DNA of 64,000 nt, from positions 2,176,001 through 2,240,000 of the forward strand of contig CAXXLL010000002.1 in NCBI GenBank assembly GCA_963662545.2. Reading direction: 5' to 3'. The notes under the pieces were generated by a model, which worked only from the letters and a program-made list of their open reading frames with translations, did no database searches and was not told the origin of the DNA. The position numbers and the translations under genes are program-made. Source of the DNA: Gammaproteobacteria bacterium (GTDB lineage Bacteria; Pseudomonadota; Gammaproteobacteria; Ga0077536). The stretch's first letter is position 1; every line of letters begins with the position of its first letter. Shown here piece after piece: positions 39,388 to 49,116 of this stretch.

Positions 39388-41077
39388 GTGTGCATCCCTA
39401 AACGCGATGCGGTTGAAATAAAAAGGAAAATTTGTCGCTTAAGGGATCGAAACCTCCGTGGAACTTCAAACCTCTGATTTTCCACACAATCATCGACACC
39501 ACAGGAGGGGGAATGCGTCAGAAACGCACGGCCCAAGCGAGTATATACGAGCTGTTTGCTGACCATGACCTGGGGCGAGAGCTGCAGGGCATGTCCGAGT
39601 GGCTCGATGCTCACCCCAAGGTCCTCACGCCGGTCATGAACGATCTGTGTCGGCGGGGTTTGAAGCCCACCGGTCGACGCGGACTGTCGGCGGAGTCGGT
39701 GCTGCGCTGCGCGGTGCTCAAGCAGCACCGGCAATTGAGTTACGAGGAGCTGGCCTTTCACCTGCAGGACTCGGCGAGCTTTCAGGCCTTCGCCCGGTTG
39801 CCGGGTAATGAACGTCCGAAGAAGTCTGCCTTACAGCGGGTGGTCTCGGCGATCCAGGTATCGACGTGGGAGTCTATTCATCGCGCCCTGCTGGCGACGG
39901 CGAAAGAGACGCGCATTGAGCCGGCACAGCGTGTACGGATTGATAGCACGGTAACGGACAGTGCCATCCACGCGCCGAGCGACAGTCATCTGCTGTGGGA
40001 TGGCGTGCGTGTTGTGGTTCGTCTGCTCGCACAGGCGCGCGAGTTGCCTGGCGCGCCGGAGTTGTGCTTCGTGAACCACACTCGATTGGCGAAGAAGCGT
40101 GCGCGGGCGCTGTGGTATGCGCGTGGTGCGAAGCAACGCCAACGTCTGTATCGCGATTTGATTGGGGCGACGCGTTCAACCTTGGAAGCGGTAGCGAGGG
40201 TACGTGAGCAGCTGCTGAGCCCGGGCGTCACCGGCGTTGAACTGCCGGACTGGCTAGCGCAGGTAGCGCACTACGAAACACTTGTTCTGCAGGTGATTTC
40301 GCAAACTGAGCGGCGGGTGTTCGGCGGTGAGAAGGTCCCCGCGAGCGAGAAGTGCGTGAGCTTGTTCGAGCCGCATACCGACATCATCATAAAGGGTGCG
40401 CGCGACGTTCAGTACGGACACAAAATCAATCTGGCTTCGGGGCGCAGTGGCCTCATCCTCGACGTGGTCATCGAGCGAGGCAATCCGGTCGATAGTCAGC
40501 GCTTCATGCCGATGCTCGAACGGCATCGAACACACTACGGGACGATGCCACGACAGGTCGCCGCCGATGGCGGCTATGCGAGCCTCGACAATCTCCGGGC
40601 GGCGAAAGCAGAAGGCATCGAAGACGTTGCCTTCCACAAGAAGCGCGGGCTCGCGATCGCCGACATGGTCAAGAGTCAGTGGGTCTATCGACGCTTGCGC
40701 AACTTCCGCGCCGGCATCGAGGCCGGTATCTCCTGCCTGAAGCGTGCATACGGATTGGCACGTTGCACCTGGAAGAGCCTGCCGCACTTCGAAGCCTACG
40801 TGTGGTCTTCTGTGGTCGCCTACAACCTCAGCCTGCTCGCGCGCTATCAACTCGAATAGCGACGTTCACTCGCACTAACTGACCTCCTCGATATCGTCGA
40901 ACGGGCGACTTTGGGTTGCAGCGCTCTGCGGCCGGCGAACGTAACAATTACGCTCACAATTACGCTCGAAGAGCCCTTCGACCCCCACCGAACCGCCGCT
41001 ACCGCTCCAACAACCTACTTTCAACACCTCGATTTCTCCGTGCCCATCGAAGAAAATGCCTGTTTATGGACGGACAC
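39388..41077 (+). mobile_element. ISNCY element, 1690 bp, copy 3
   Basis: Same ends; TAGCTA flanks at 39382-39387 and 41078-41083; 16-bp deletion in the 5' leader and 9-bp insertion in the 3' region relative to copies 1 and 2. Confidence 0.95.
39513..40859 (+). CDS. DDE transposase (ISNCY family)
   Basis: Identical 448-aa protein from ATG 39513, with an AGGAGG RBS. Confidence 0.95.
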   Translation: MRQKRTAQASIYELFADHDLGRELQGMSEWLDAHPKVLTPVMNDLCRRGLKPTGRRGLSAESVLRCAVLKQHRQLSYEELAFHLQDSASFQAFARLPGNERPKKSALQRVVSAIQVSTWESIHRALLATAKETRIEPAQRVRIDSTVTDSAIHAPSDSHLLWDGVRVVVRLLAQARELPGAPELCFVNHTRLAKKRARALWYARGAKQRQRLYRDLIGATRSTLEAVARVREQLLSPGVTGVELPDWLAQVAHYETLVLQVISQTERRVFGGEKVPASEKCVSLFEPHTDIIIKGARDVQYGHKINLASGRSGLILDVVIERGNPVDSQRFMPMLERHRTHYGTMPRQVAADGGYASLDNLRAAKAEGIEDVAFHKKRGLAIADMVKSQWVYRRLRNFRAGIEAGISCLKRAYGLARCTWKSLPHFEAYVWSSVVAYNLSLLARYQLE

Positions 41078-41324
41078 TAGCTACCAAAATTCGTTGCAAA
41101 ATTCGGGCGCCGACGATCCACCTAAACTCAAGCGACCTAAATCGAAGGGTTTATGGGTATCGCGTTCATTGGGTGTCTCGAAAATCGACACGTCCACCGT
41201 GTTAAGTCAAATAAGTCAACTCCGGCCCCCCCACCCGCCGTGTTTAGTCAATTAAGTCCCGGCTGGCACCCGCCCCCGTGCTCGGCGCAGTGGTACTCGA
41301 AGTCCGCGACGGACTGCTTGGGAT

Positions 41325-42302
41325 TCAATCAGGAGCAAGCGCCAATATTGCTTTGCGTGTCGCGATCAATCGATCTTCGTTCACCGGGCTCACCGCGAGC
41401 AGCGGCACATCAACCCCGGCGTCGCGGAACGCCTGCAGTTGCTTGCGGCAGTGGTCCGGTCTGCCAAACACGCAGACCTCATCGACCAGTTCGTCAGGGA
41501 TCTGCGCCGCGGCTTCCCGGCGGGTGCCCGATCGCCAGATTTTCTGCACCGCGTCCATCGCGCTCTTGAAGCCGGCGCGTCGCCACTGGCGCCGGTAGTT
41601 GGGAAGTTGGGCAAAGAAGGCGAGGTTGTAGCGCGCGGCGGAACGCGCCGCCGATTCGTCCTCGCTCACGAATGTCGGCACGCTCAAGATACAGCCGAAG
41701 GGCTCGGCGTCGCGTCCCGCCGCAGAGCGCGCCTCGGCGGCGGCCTCGATGAGTTTCGGCAGAGACGATACCGGCGACAGGAACGGCATCAGACCGTCGC
41801 CGAGCGCACCCGCTACCGCCGCACTTTCGACCGTGTTACCCGCGACGTAGAGCGGCACCGGATACCTCGAAGCCCGCAGCTTGAGGATCCCGTTGCCGGC
41901 CTCGCCGCGGAGTGCGTCCCGCACGGTAGCGACATACCGGCGCAGGTTCTCGCGCGCATCGCCCATGTCGATGCCGATCGAAGCCAGCAGGCTGCGATGG
42001 CTCATGCCGAGGCCGAGGATGAACCGACCGTTGCAAAGTTCGGTGACCGTTCGCGCCGTCAACGCCGCGAGGAAGGGGTGGCGCCAATAGATATTGGCGA
42101 TGTTGGTGCCGGTATCGATGTGCTGAGTGCCGAGTGCGATCGCCTCGGCATAGGCGATCGCGTCGCCGCGGCCCTCGTTGACGAACACCGACTCGTAGCC
42201 ATGTGCTTCGGCGAGTTGGCCGATTTCCACGAATTCCAGCGCCGGAGCCTCAGTCACCGTCGACAGCACGATCCCTAAACGCTCGCTGGAGCGTTTTGTC
42301 AT
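41325..42302 (-). CDS. LLM-class flavin-dependent oxidoreductase
   Basis: AEAHGYESVFVNE, GTNIANIYWRHP, GRFILGLGMSH. Confidence 0.88.
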   Translation of the reverse strand: MTKRSSERLGIVLSTVTEAPALEFVEIGQLAEAHGYESVFVNEGRGDAIAYAEAIALGTQHIDTGTNIANIYWRHPFLAALTARTVTELCNGRFILGLGMSHRSLLASIGIDMGDARENLRRYVATVRDALRGEAGNGILKLRASRYPVPLYVAGNTVESAAVAGALGDGLMPFLSPVSSLPKLIEAAAEARSAAGRDAEPFGCILSVPTFVSEDESAARSAARYNLAFFAQLPNYRRQWRRAGFKSAMDAVQKIWRSGTRREAAAQIPDELVDEVCVFGRPDHCRKQLQAFRDAGVDVPLLAVSPVNEDRLIATRKAILALAPD

Positions 42303-42425
42303 TGCGTTGAAGGTGCCGGAGTTGACCGAGCTTGAATCTTTCTAGAGGCAGCTGTCGGCCTTGCAGTCGGATTCGAAGCGGGCCAGCACCACCATCGCAG
42401 CCGTCTCTGGCCGGCGCTCCTCTTG

Positions 42426-43190
42426 CTAATCGTCCGTCCCCAGCCAGCCGCCGTCGACCGGCAGGATGGCACCGCTGGCGAAGCTTGACGCGGCGCTCGC
42501 GAAATAGAGCGCCGCGCCGACGATCTCCTCGGGTTGGCCGCCGCGCTCGAGCGCGGCCCGCCGGGCGCGTCTGCCAAAGACTTCCATGTCCCAAGCCTTC
42601 GAGATGTCGGTCAGAAACGGACCGGCCATGATGCAATTAACCCGTACCTTGGGGCCGTATTCTTGGGCAAAAGCCCGGGTGATGGCATTCAGCGCCGCTT
42701 TCGCCGCACCGTAAGGCTGCGCTGTCGGGCTTGGCGTCATCGCCGCCGTGCTCGAGATATTGATGATCGAACCGCCCTCGCCCTCCATCATCTGTTTGCC
42801 GACGACTGCGCTCAGACGAAACGGCCCCTTGAAGTTGAGTGCCACGACCTTGTCGAACAATTCCTCGGAGATCTGTTCCAGCGAAGGATAGAGTGGCGAC
42901 AAGCCGGCATTGTTGACCAGGATATCGATCCTGCCGAAATGGTCGTTGACCGCAGCGACCATCGGATCGAGTTCGTCCCAATGACCGATGTGGCAGGCGT
43001 AGGGAAAGGCGCGGCGGCCCTTTATTTCGATTTCAGCAGCCGCTTTTTCGCATTGCTCGAGCTTGCGGCTCACGATGGCGACATCGGCACCGTGGTCCGC
43101 GAATGCCAGCGCCATCTCGCGCCCGAGGCCGCGGCTGCCGCCGGTAATCAAGGCGACCTTGCCGGTCAGATCGAATAGATCTTCAGTCAT
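42426..43190 (-). CDS. SDR family oxidoreductase
   Basis: TGGSRGLG, NNAG, YGAAK, VRVNCIMAGPF. Confidence 0.93.
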   Translation of the reverse strand: MTEDLFDLTGKVALITGGSRGLGREMALAFADHGADVAIVSRKLEQCEKAAAEIEIKGRRAFPYACHIGHWDELDPMVAAVNDHFGRIDILVNNAGLSPLYPSLEQISEELFDKVVALNFKGPFRLSAVVGKQMMEGEGGSIINISSTAAMTPSPTAQPYGAAKAALNAITRAFAQEYGPKVRVNCIMAGPFLTDISKAWDMEVFGRRARRAALERGGQPEEIVGAALYFASAASSFASGAILPVDGGWLGTDD

Positions 43191-43355
43191 AAAAAAAGCC
43201 TCGTGTCCTCAGTCGTTCCATAGGTTGTGCGCCGTATCAGTGGACGCTGCAGTGCCTTGTTCGCCCGCAAGCGGACTACTACAAATGTGTCACCTTAGGA
43301 GCCCGCTTGCGGGCGAACGGGCCGATCATCGGTCACATAAGCTCCACCGCGCAGA

Positions 43356-43860
43356 TTAATCTTCGTAATCGTCCGGCATGCGGTAACCCGTGATGCCCGG
43401 AATGCTCGGCAGATCCCCGCCGCCAGCACCCGCCACGAGCTGGGCCTTGAGCCCCTGCTCCATGTGGTGCGAGATGTCGCAGTGCACGAGATAAGTGGCA
43501 TCGTCGCTGGGCACGATGAAGGTACCGCTCTTCGCCGCCTTACCGTTGACCTCGAGATGAAACATCCCTTGCGGGTAAAGGTAACGCGGCAGACCGTGCA
43601 CCATCCACTGATGCCGAACCGCGTCCTCGTTGGTCAGGGTCACGGTGATGCGGCTGCAGGGCGCGACCCGCCATGCGTGGGCATCGTAACCGAAGGTTCG
43701 CCCGCGGATCGCGTGGGCGCGCCCTACCCGGACGCTCAATTCAAGCTCGTCTGTGATCGCCTGGCAATCCTCCGGCAGCCGATCCTTGTTCTCGTTCATC
43801 ACCATACCGTCGCGTGATGATGATGGTGCGCGGCATCCGCTGGCGTTAACCGAATCATAG
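43356..43860 (-). CDS. Cupredoxin-domain (sulfocyanin-like) copper protein; 5' end frameshifted
   Basis: Type-1 Cu ligands in HQWMVH...HCDISHHMEQGL. A His5 tract (ADAAHHHHH) lies in a different frame just upstream of DGMVMNEN. Confidence 0.7.
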
Positions 43861-44064
43861 GGCCGACGCGCGATGGGTTCAAGCCGGCGGTCCGCGTTTT
43901 TCAAGCAATTTCAATGTATTAATCGGCATCAAGAGCAAACCCCGGGGGCGGCGATCGGCGGTGCGATACGCGGTGAAGTTCGCGTCAAGGCGAATCGTTG
44001 CCCGTGCGCGACGCCGGCCGAATTCGGCGCGTTCGACCGCACGCGGGGTCCGCCGGATGATGTC

Positions 44065-44088
44065 AAAAAAAGGGGCCGTCCCGGCCCC
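44065..44088 (-). terminator. Intrinsic terminator of the FrhB-like/oxidoreductase operon
   Basis: Minus strand GGGGCCG-GGA-CGGCCCC-TTTTTTT. Confidence 0.85.
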
Positions 44089-44160
44089 GCAAAAGAGTTG
44101 CCACCATGCTGGCATCGCGCTGTGCAGCGCGATCGGCACGGCAGTGTGGGAGGAAACAAG
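44065..44160 (-). ncRNA. Candidate 3'-UTR small RNA with an anti-Shine-Dalgarno motif
   Basis: GUUUCCUCCC, then a long hairpin (AUCGCGCUG-CA-CAGCGCGAU core), GUGGCAACUC and the terminator. Confidence 0.45.
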
Positions 44161-44174
44161 TTGTCGTCTACGCT

Positions 44175-45003
44175 TTACCTCATGAATGACTGCATCGTTT
44201 CCTGGTATCTCGCCAAGAGATCCGGCGCTGCGATGTCTTGTAAGGCCGCGGGCGCGAATTCACCCGTACGTGCGAGCGATTCCAGTGCCGGACGCTCGCC
44301 GCGATAGATCAATCCCAGGGGCAATCTCCCGGCGGCGCGGAGTTCATTCATACGCGCGAACGCGGCGGCGCGATCGCTCGGGTCATAGCCCGAATCCGCA
44401 TCGACGTCGTATACCGAAGTCCGCCATTCCCGATAGGTATCGTTATAGGTTACGTCCGTTAGTGGAATGTCTCAAGGCCTCGATGGTGAGCTTGAGCAAC
44501 TGCGCAGGCTGGCCGGTGTAAGCGCGCGCGAGAAAACTGGATCCGGGAATGCTCAAGCCGAGCATGATGGGATCAAAGTCCTCTTCGATATTGTTACCGA
44601 ATCCGGCCGGGCTGGTCGGCGACGGCTGACCTTTGGTCAGGCCGTAGGTGCCGTTTTGCATGACGGTATAGGTCACGCCCGGATTCCGTTTTAAGGCATG
44701 CACAAAATGTCCACAGCCGATGGCGTAGCCATCGCCGTCACCGCCGACACCGATAACAGTGAGTTCGGGGTTGGCGAGCTTTACGCCGGTCGCTGTTGGC
44801 AGCACGCGACCGTGCAGCGCATGATAGCCGTAGCACGTCACATTGTTCTGCAAGGAGCCGGAGCATCCGATGCCGGCGACGATCAGGCGCTCGTGTACGG
44901 GGACTTCGAGTTCGTCTAACGCGTTGACGAGCGCCTGCTGAACACCGAAATCACCGCAACCGGCGCACCAAATCGGGCGAACAGGATCAAATGTATGAGT
45001 CAT
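44175..45003 (-). pseudogene. 2-oxoacid:ferredoxin oxidoreductase beta subunit with an internal deletion/frameshift near 44455
   Basis: WCAGCGDF, GIGCS, LHGRVLP, GGDGDG, NGTYGLTKGQPSPT. The C-terminus VTYNDTYREW...LPLGLIY...SFMR* continues in another frame. Confidence 0.88.
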
Positions 45004-46787
45004 GCGACTTCCGCCTTCTGATTGCTAACGTCGTTCGACACATGGTCGACGATGTCTTCTGCACGCATCGGCGTGCCGTCATATTTGAGAACGCTGTCGA
45101 TATGCTTTCTGTCGCCACCCTGACCTATGATCAGATTTGCAAGCTGCGCAGTGGCGTTGTACTCGACGACGTAAACCTTGCGACAGCTGTGCGTGAAAGC
45201 CACGGTCTCATCAAGCATCGGCCACAGGGTGCGTGGCTGGTGATACTGCGTGGCGATCCCTTGGTCGGCGAGCAAATCCATGGCTTCGAGAATGACGCCA
45301 TAAGCCATGCCGACGCCGATGAATCCAATCTCCGCATCGTTCGGTCCATGCGATATTGCGAGCGGTAAATCCGGCACTACAGACCGCATCTTTTCCATGC
45401 GCTTATCCATCATTCGCTTGCGATTGATGGGGTCGGTCGAGACGTGCCCGAACTCGTCGTGTTCGTTGCCGGTGACGAGCCACATCCCGCCCGGCGTGCC
45501 GGGCTGAGCGAATGCAGATACGCCGTCATCACTGAACGCATAGCGTTTGTAAACCTCCATCCCTGCCAGCGTCTCGGCATCGAGGCGTTTACCGCGGTCG
45601 ATGTCTATCTCATCGAGATTGAAGGGATCGACAGTAGCAGTGTTCTGGGCCAGGCCTTGGTCCGACGCAATGAACACCGGACATTGATAACGCGCCGCCA
45701 GGTTCGTCGCCTTGATGGCCAAATGAAAACACTCTTCCGGGTGACTCGGCGCGAGTACGATGCGGGGGAAATCGCCGTGTCCGCCGTACACGAGCAGGTT
45801 GATGTCACTCTGCTCAGGCTTGGTCGGTAGCCCCGTGCTCGGTCCGCCGCGTTGCGCGTCGACGATAACCAGCGGGATTTCCGCCATACCGAGCTGTCCT
45901 ATGCCTTCCTGCATTAGCGACAGGCCGGGGCCACAGGTTGCACACATCGCGCGGGTCCCGGTCAAGGCGGCACCGATCGACATGTTGATAGCCGAGAGCT
46001 CATCTTCGGCCTGACGTACGATGCCCCCAAACTTCGGCATCCATTTGACCAGCCATTCCATGATTTCGGTGGACGGCGTGATCGGATAGCCGGCATAAAA
46101 ACGCCCGCCCGCCACCAGGAAGCCAAAAGCCAGGGCTTCGTTGCCGGTGATCAACATGTGTGGCCGTGCGTCGACGGGAACGATTTCATACATACCGTCT
46201 TCCTTCGTCAGGCCCACTTCATCGGCGAGTGATAATCCCACGGTCAGCGCGTTGAGGTTGTACTTGAGCGCCTGGGCGCCGCGGCGCGAAAAGCGTCTCT
46301 CGAACGCGCGCCGCATCTCTTCGTCGTCGAGACCAAGCAGGCGGCCGATGACGGCAAAGGAAATACTGTTTTTGTAGAGATCGCGTCGGAAGGTGCGCAC
46401 TGCATGGCGGCTCAAGGGCACACCGAACATGCGTGCGCCCTCGGGCACACCGGCATCATCCGGTAGTCCTCCGCCCGAGTTGTCGTAGATAACGACGCTG
46501 CGGTCGTTAAGACGATAAGCATGTTTTTTCACCGCGGCCAGGTCGAATGCGACCAAGAGATCGATATGGCTGCCAATACACAGACGCTCGCCGGCGAATG
46601 CGCGCAAGGTAGCCGCCGTAATTCCGCCCTTGATGCGCGACAAGACGTCGCGTTCGGTGTAGACACGCATGCCGCTCGAGCGTAATACGTCGGCTAACAC
46701 GTTAACGACGGTCAGCGATCCGTCGCCGCCCTGGCCGGAAACGATGACGTTGAGATCTTCCAGCAATGGTTTCGTCGTAGTGTTCAT
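45000..46787 (-). CDS. 2-oxoacid:ferredoxin oxidoreductase alpha subunit (gamma-alpha fusion)
   Basis: GQGGDG, TGNEALA, AGYPITPSTEI, QAEDELSA, QRGGPSTGLPTKPEQSD. ATGA overlaps with both neighbours. Confidence 0.94.
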   Translation of the reverse strand: MNTTTKPLLEDLNVIVSGQGGDGSLTVVNVLADVLRSSGMRVYTERDVLSRIKGGITAATLRAFAGERLCIGSHIDLLVAFDLAAVKKHAYRLNDRSVVIYDNSGGGLPDDAGVPEGARMFGVPLSRHAVRTFRRDLYKNSISFAVIGRLLGLDDEEMRRAFERRFSRRGAQALKYNLNALTVGLSLADEVGLTKEDGMYEIVPVDARPHMLITGNEALAFGFLVAGGRFYAGYPITPSTEIMEWLVKWMPKFGGIVRQAEDELSAINMSIGAALTGTRAMCATCGPGLSLMQEGIGQLGMAEIPLVIVDAQRGGPSTGLPTKPEQSDINLLVYGGHGDFPRIVLAPSHPEECFHLAIKATNLAARYQCPVFIASDQGLAQNTATVDPFNLDEIDIDRGKRLDAETLAGMEVYKRYAFSDDGVSAFAQPGTPGGMWLVTGNEHDEFGHVSTDPINRKRMMDKRMEKMRSVVPDLPLAISHGPNDAEIGFIGVGMAYGVILEAMDLLADQGIATQYHQPRTLWPMLDETVAFTHSCRKVYVVEYNATAQLANLIIGQGGDRKHIDSVLKYDGTPMRAEDIVDHVSNDVSNQKAEVA

Positions 46788-48103
46788 GCCGGATTCTCCT
46801 TTTTCGGTTGTGCCTTTTTCTTCGGCGGTGGGGGTGGCAGCGGCCGCCAATCCTTCGCGGAATTACCCTCCTCCCAACCACGATAGTAGTTCTTGGGATC
46901 CAGATTGCCGATTTCCTCGCGCTCGGAAAGCGTCGGCATCAAGGCCGGCAACGGCCGATTACGTTTGTATTTGGATAAACGGATCAGCAGATCTCTGGCT
47001 TTCGGCACTTCGTCCAGCGCCATGATCTCGATCCAACCGAATTCGCGCAGGGCCTGGAATGCCTTGTGCCCCGCTGCCGTTCGGATCACGGTGAAAGTCC
47101 AGCCACTGAGCCCGATACCGCCGAGACCAATGTCGGCATTGTCGGCCGCGTAGTCTTTGCAATACAGACATGCCGGTCGCGCATATTTGCCAAACTTCTT
47201 CAGCGACAGGACTTCCTCGCGGCCGTCCCGCAGGGTGATTTCGACTTTGCCCTTGATGTTGATCTTGGAGATATCACGCCGCAGCACGTCGAGTTCCTGC
47301 GACAGCCAGTCGATGCCTTTCGAGGTGAAAGCCTCAGAGCAGAACAAACCGATGACGAGGCCGATGTTTTCGCGGTACCACTCGGCTACATCGAGTCGGA
47401 TGGCGCTGAACTGCTGCTGGCGCACGCCGTCGACCTGACAGGGCACCCCGACGACTGCGAGCGGGCCAATGCCGCGCTTCATGGCATCGATGAGCGTCAG
47501 CGTATTGGGTTGGTAGGTATATCGCGACCGCACGCTCTGCATCACTTCCTCTTCCGTCGTGGCCAGCCTGGCGTAGCCCATCGACGGATCCTCCGGATCT
47601 TCGTTGCCGACGACTGCTGCCTTGATGGTGCCCTGCTGCATCCCGTGGATGATCAGCGCACTGCAGATGCCGCCGTCCTGTCCTTCCTTGAGGATGTAGT
47701 CCTTGGTGGTGCGCGCGAGTACGCCGTAGGAGTACGGTCCAAAGCCTTCGTCCTTGATCGGTTCTCGCAACCCGATCTGTTCATTCAGATCTTGATCCGT
47801 CGGGCGCAAAATCGGACACGCATCCACGCACAGTTCGCAGAACACACAGGCATCGTCACGCGTGTCGACGGGTTTTTCATCCTCGTAGTCGAAGACATCC
47901 ACCGGGCAAATCGTCACACAGGCCGCGCACCCTACGCATTTGCCGGCATGGACGACTTCGTCCATGAGCATATCGACCGCCTTGAACCCGCCGCGGTTGA
48001 ATTCCGAGCGCCAGGCATAGGCCCATTCATTGGGGTCCGCGCCCTCCTCGACCAGCGCGCGATAGCGCCCGTGTACTTCTTCGGTCAGACTGTCGAGATC
48101 CAA
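46784..48103 (-). CDS. FrhB/FdhB/FpoF-family (F420 hydrogenase/dehydrogenase beta-like) protein with a 2x[4Fe-4S] domain
   Basis: CVGCAACVTICP and CVFCELCVDACP, GQDGG, SRY, VGVPCQ, GLFCSE, CLYCKD. Confidence 0.88.
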   Translation of the reverse strand: MDLDSLTEEVHGRYRALVEEGADPNEWAYAWRSEFNRGGFKAVDMLMDEVVHAGKCVGCAACVTICPVDVFDYEDEKPVDTRDDACVFCELCVDACPILRPTDQDLNEQIGLREPIKDEGFGPYSYGVLARTTKDYILKEGQDGGICSALIIHGMQQGTIKAAVVGNEDPEDPSMGYARLATTEEEVMQSVRSRYTYQPNTLTLIDAMKRGIGPLAVVGVPCQVDGVRQQQFSAIRLDVAEWYRENIGLVIGLFCSEAFTSKGIDWLSQELDVLRRDISKINIKGKVEITLRDGREEVLSLKKFGKYARPACLYCKDYAADNADIGLGGIGLSGWTFTVIRTAAGHKAFQALREFGWIEIMALDEVPKARDLLIRLSKYKRNRPLPALMPTLSEREEIGNLDPKNYYRGWEEGNSAKDWRPLPPPPPKKKAQPKKENPA

Positions 48104-48242
48104 AATCGAACTCCTTCGTTCATACGAAACGTGATCAATTTGAGTTTAGGTGTAGTCAAGGCCGGAAACACAGTGTGGAATCGTGCACGCGCGCGGCCAA
48201 AGTCGGTGGGGCGTGGTCGAAACGCGCAGACCCAGCGGAACG

Positions 48243-48815
48243 ATGACTAAACCGGCCAAACAGACCTTGCATCGGGACGGCTGGCTCAAGAAGGCGCTGG
48301 ACGTCCTCTTCTCGCACGGCATCAACAATGTCAAAGTCGAAATCCTCGCACGTGAACTCGACGTTACCAAGGGCAGCTTCTACTGGCATTTCAAGAACCG
48401 GGACGAATTGCTCCAAGACATGGTCGATTGGTGGCGCAACAATCAGATCGGGTTCATCGACGGGCTCGACGTCCTGCACATCACTGATGCGCCCAACCTG
48501 ATCAAGTCTGTTATCGAATTCACGCATCATACCGATGACTCGCGCCACGACGTCGCCATGCGCGAATTCGCCCGGTTCGACGACTACGCGGCGGTCGCCG
48601 TCGCTGAAATCGACCGCCGGCGGATCGAATATCTGTCAGCCCTGTTCCGGGCCGCGGATTTCGACGAAGCCGAATCTCTGCTGCGCGCGCAGGCGCTCTA
48701 CTTCTACCAGGTGGGCGAGTACACGACCTCCTTAAATATCGATTCGGACCTACGCGACGAACTCGCAGAACGCCGTTTCCGGTTGCTCATCACGCATCCG
48801 CAAGATCCCGATTAA
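48243..48815 (+). CDS. TetR/AcrR family transcriptional regulator
   Basis: HTH VEILARELDVTKGSFYWHFKNRDELL; divergent from the FrhB-like operon. Confidence 0.93.
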   Translation: MTKPAKQTLHRDGWLKKALDVLFSHGINNVKVEILARELDVTKGSFYWHFKNRDELLQDMVDWWRNNQIGFIDGLDVLHITDAPNLIKSVIEFTHHTDDSRHDVAMREFARFDDYAAVAVAEIDRRRIEYLSALFRAADFDEAESLLRAQALYFYQVGEYTTSLNIDSDLRDELAERRFRLLITHPQDPD

Positions 48816-49116
48816 ACGACCCGAATGAATTGTCTGATCCACTGTTAAATCAGTTAGTTAATCGCTCTAAACGCGCTTACTCCGTACGGCACCGTATGGA
48901 CGCGATGCCGCAGTGTAACGGCGCTGTAGCCGCATTGCAATCCCGTAAGCGTTCTATACAAAGAATAATCAAGACTGGGCGGCGGCGGATTCGAAGCTGG
49001 TGATGAAGGGCTGACAACGCGGCACTGCTAAGGCCTCCGTGCCATTTGCGAGACGTAGGGATCTTGCCTCGATATTGAAAAATTACGTGGCGACGGGCAA
49101 GGCGATTACGTATCCG

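Noticed and set aside
33377-41077. Composite transposon formed by IS copies 2 and 3
   Set aside because: Each copy has its own TAGCTA flanks and the target is a fixed palindrome, so nothing shows the enclosed genes moved as a unit.
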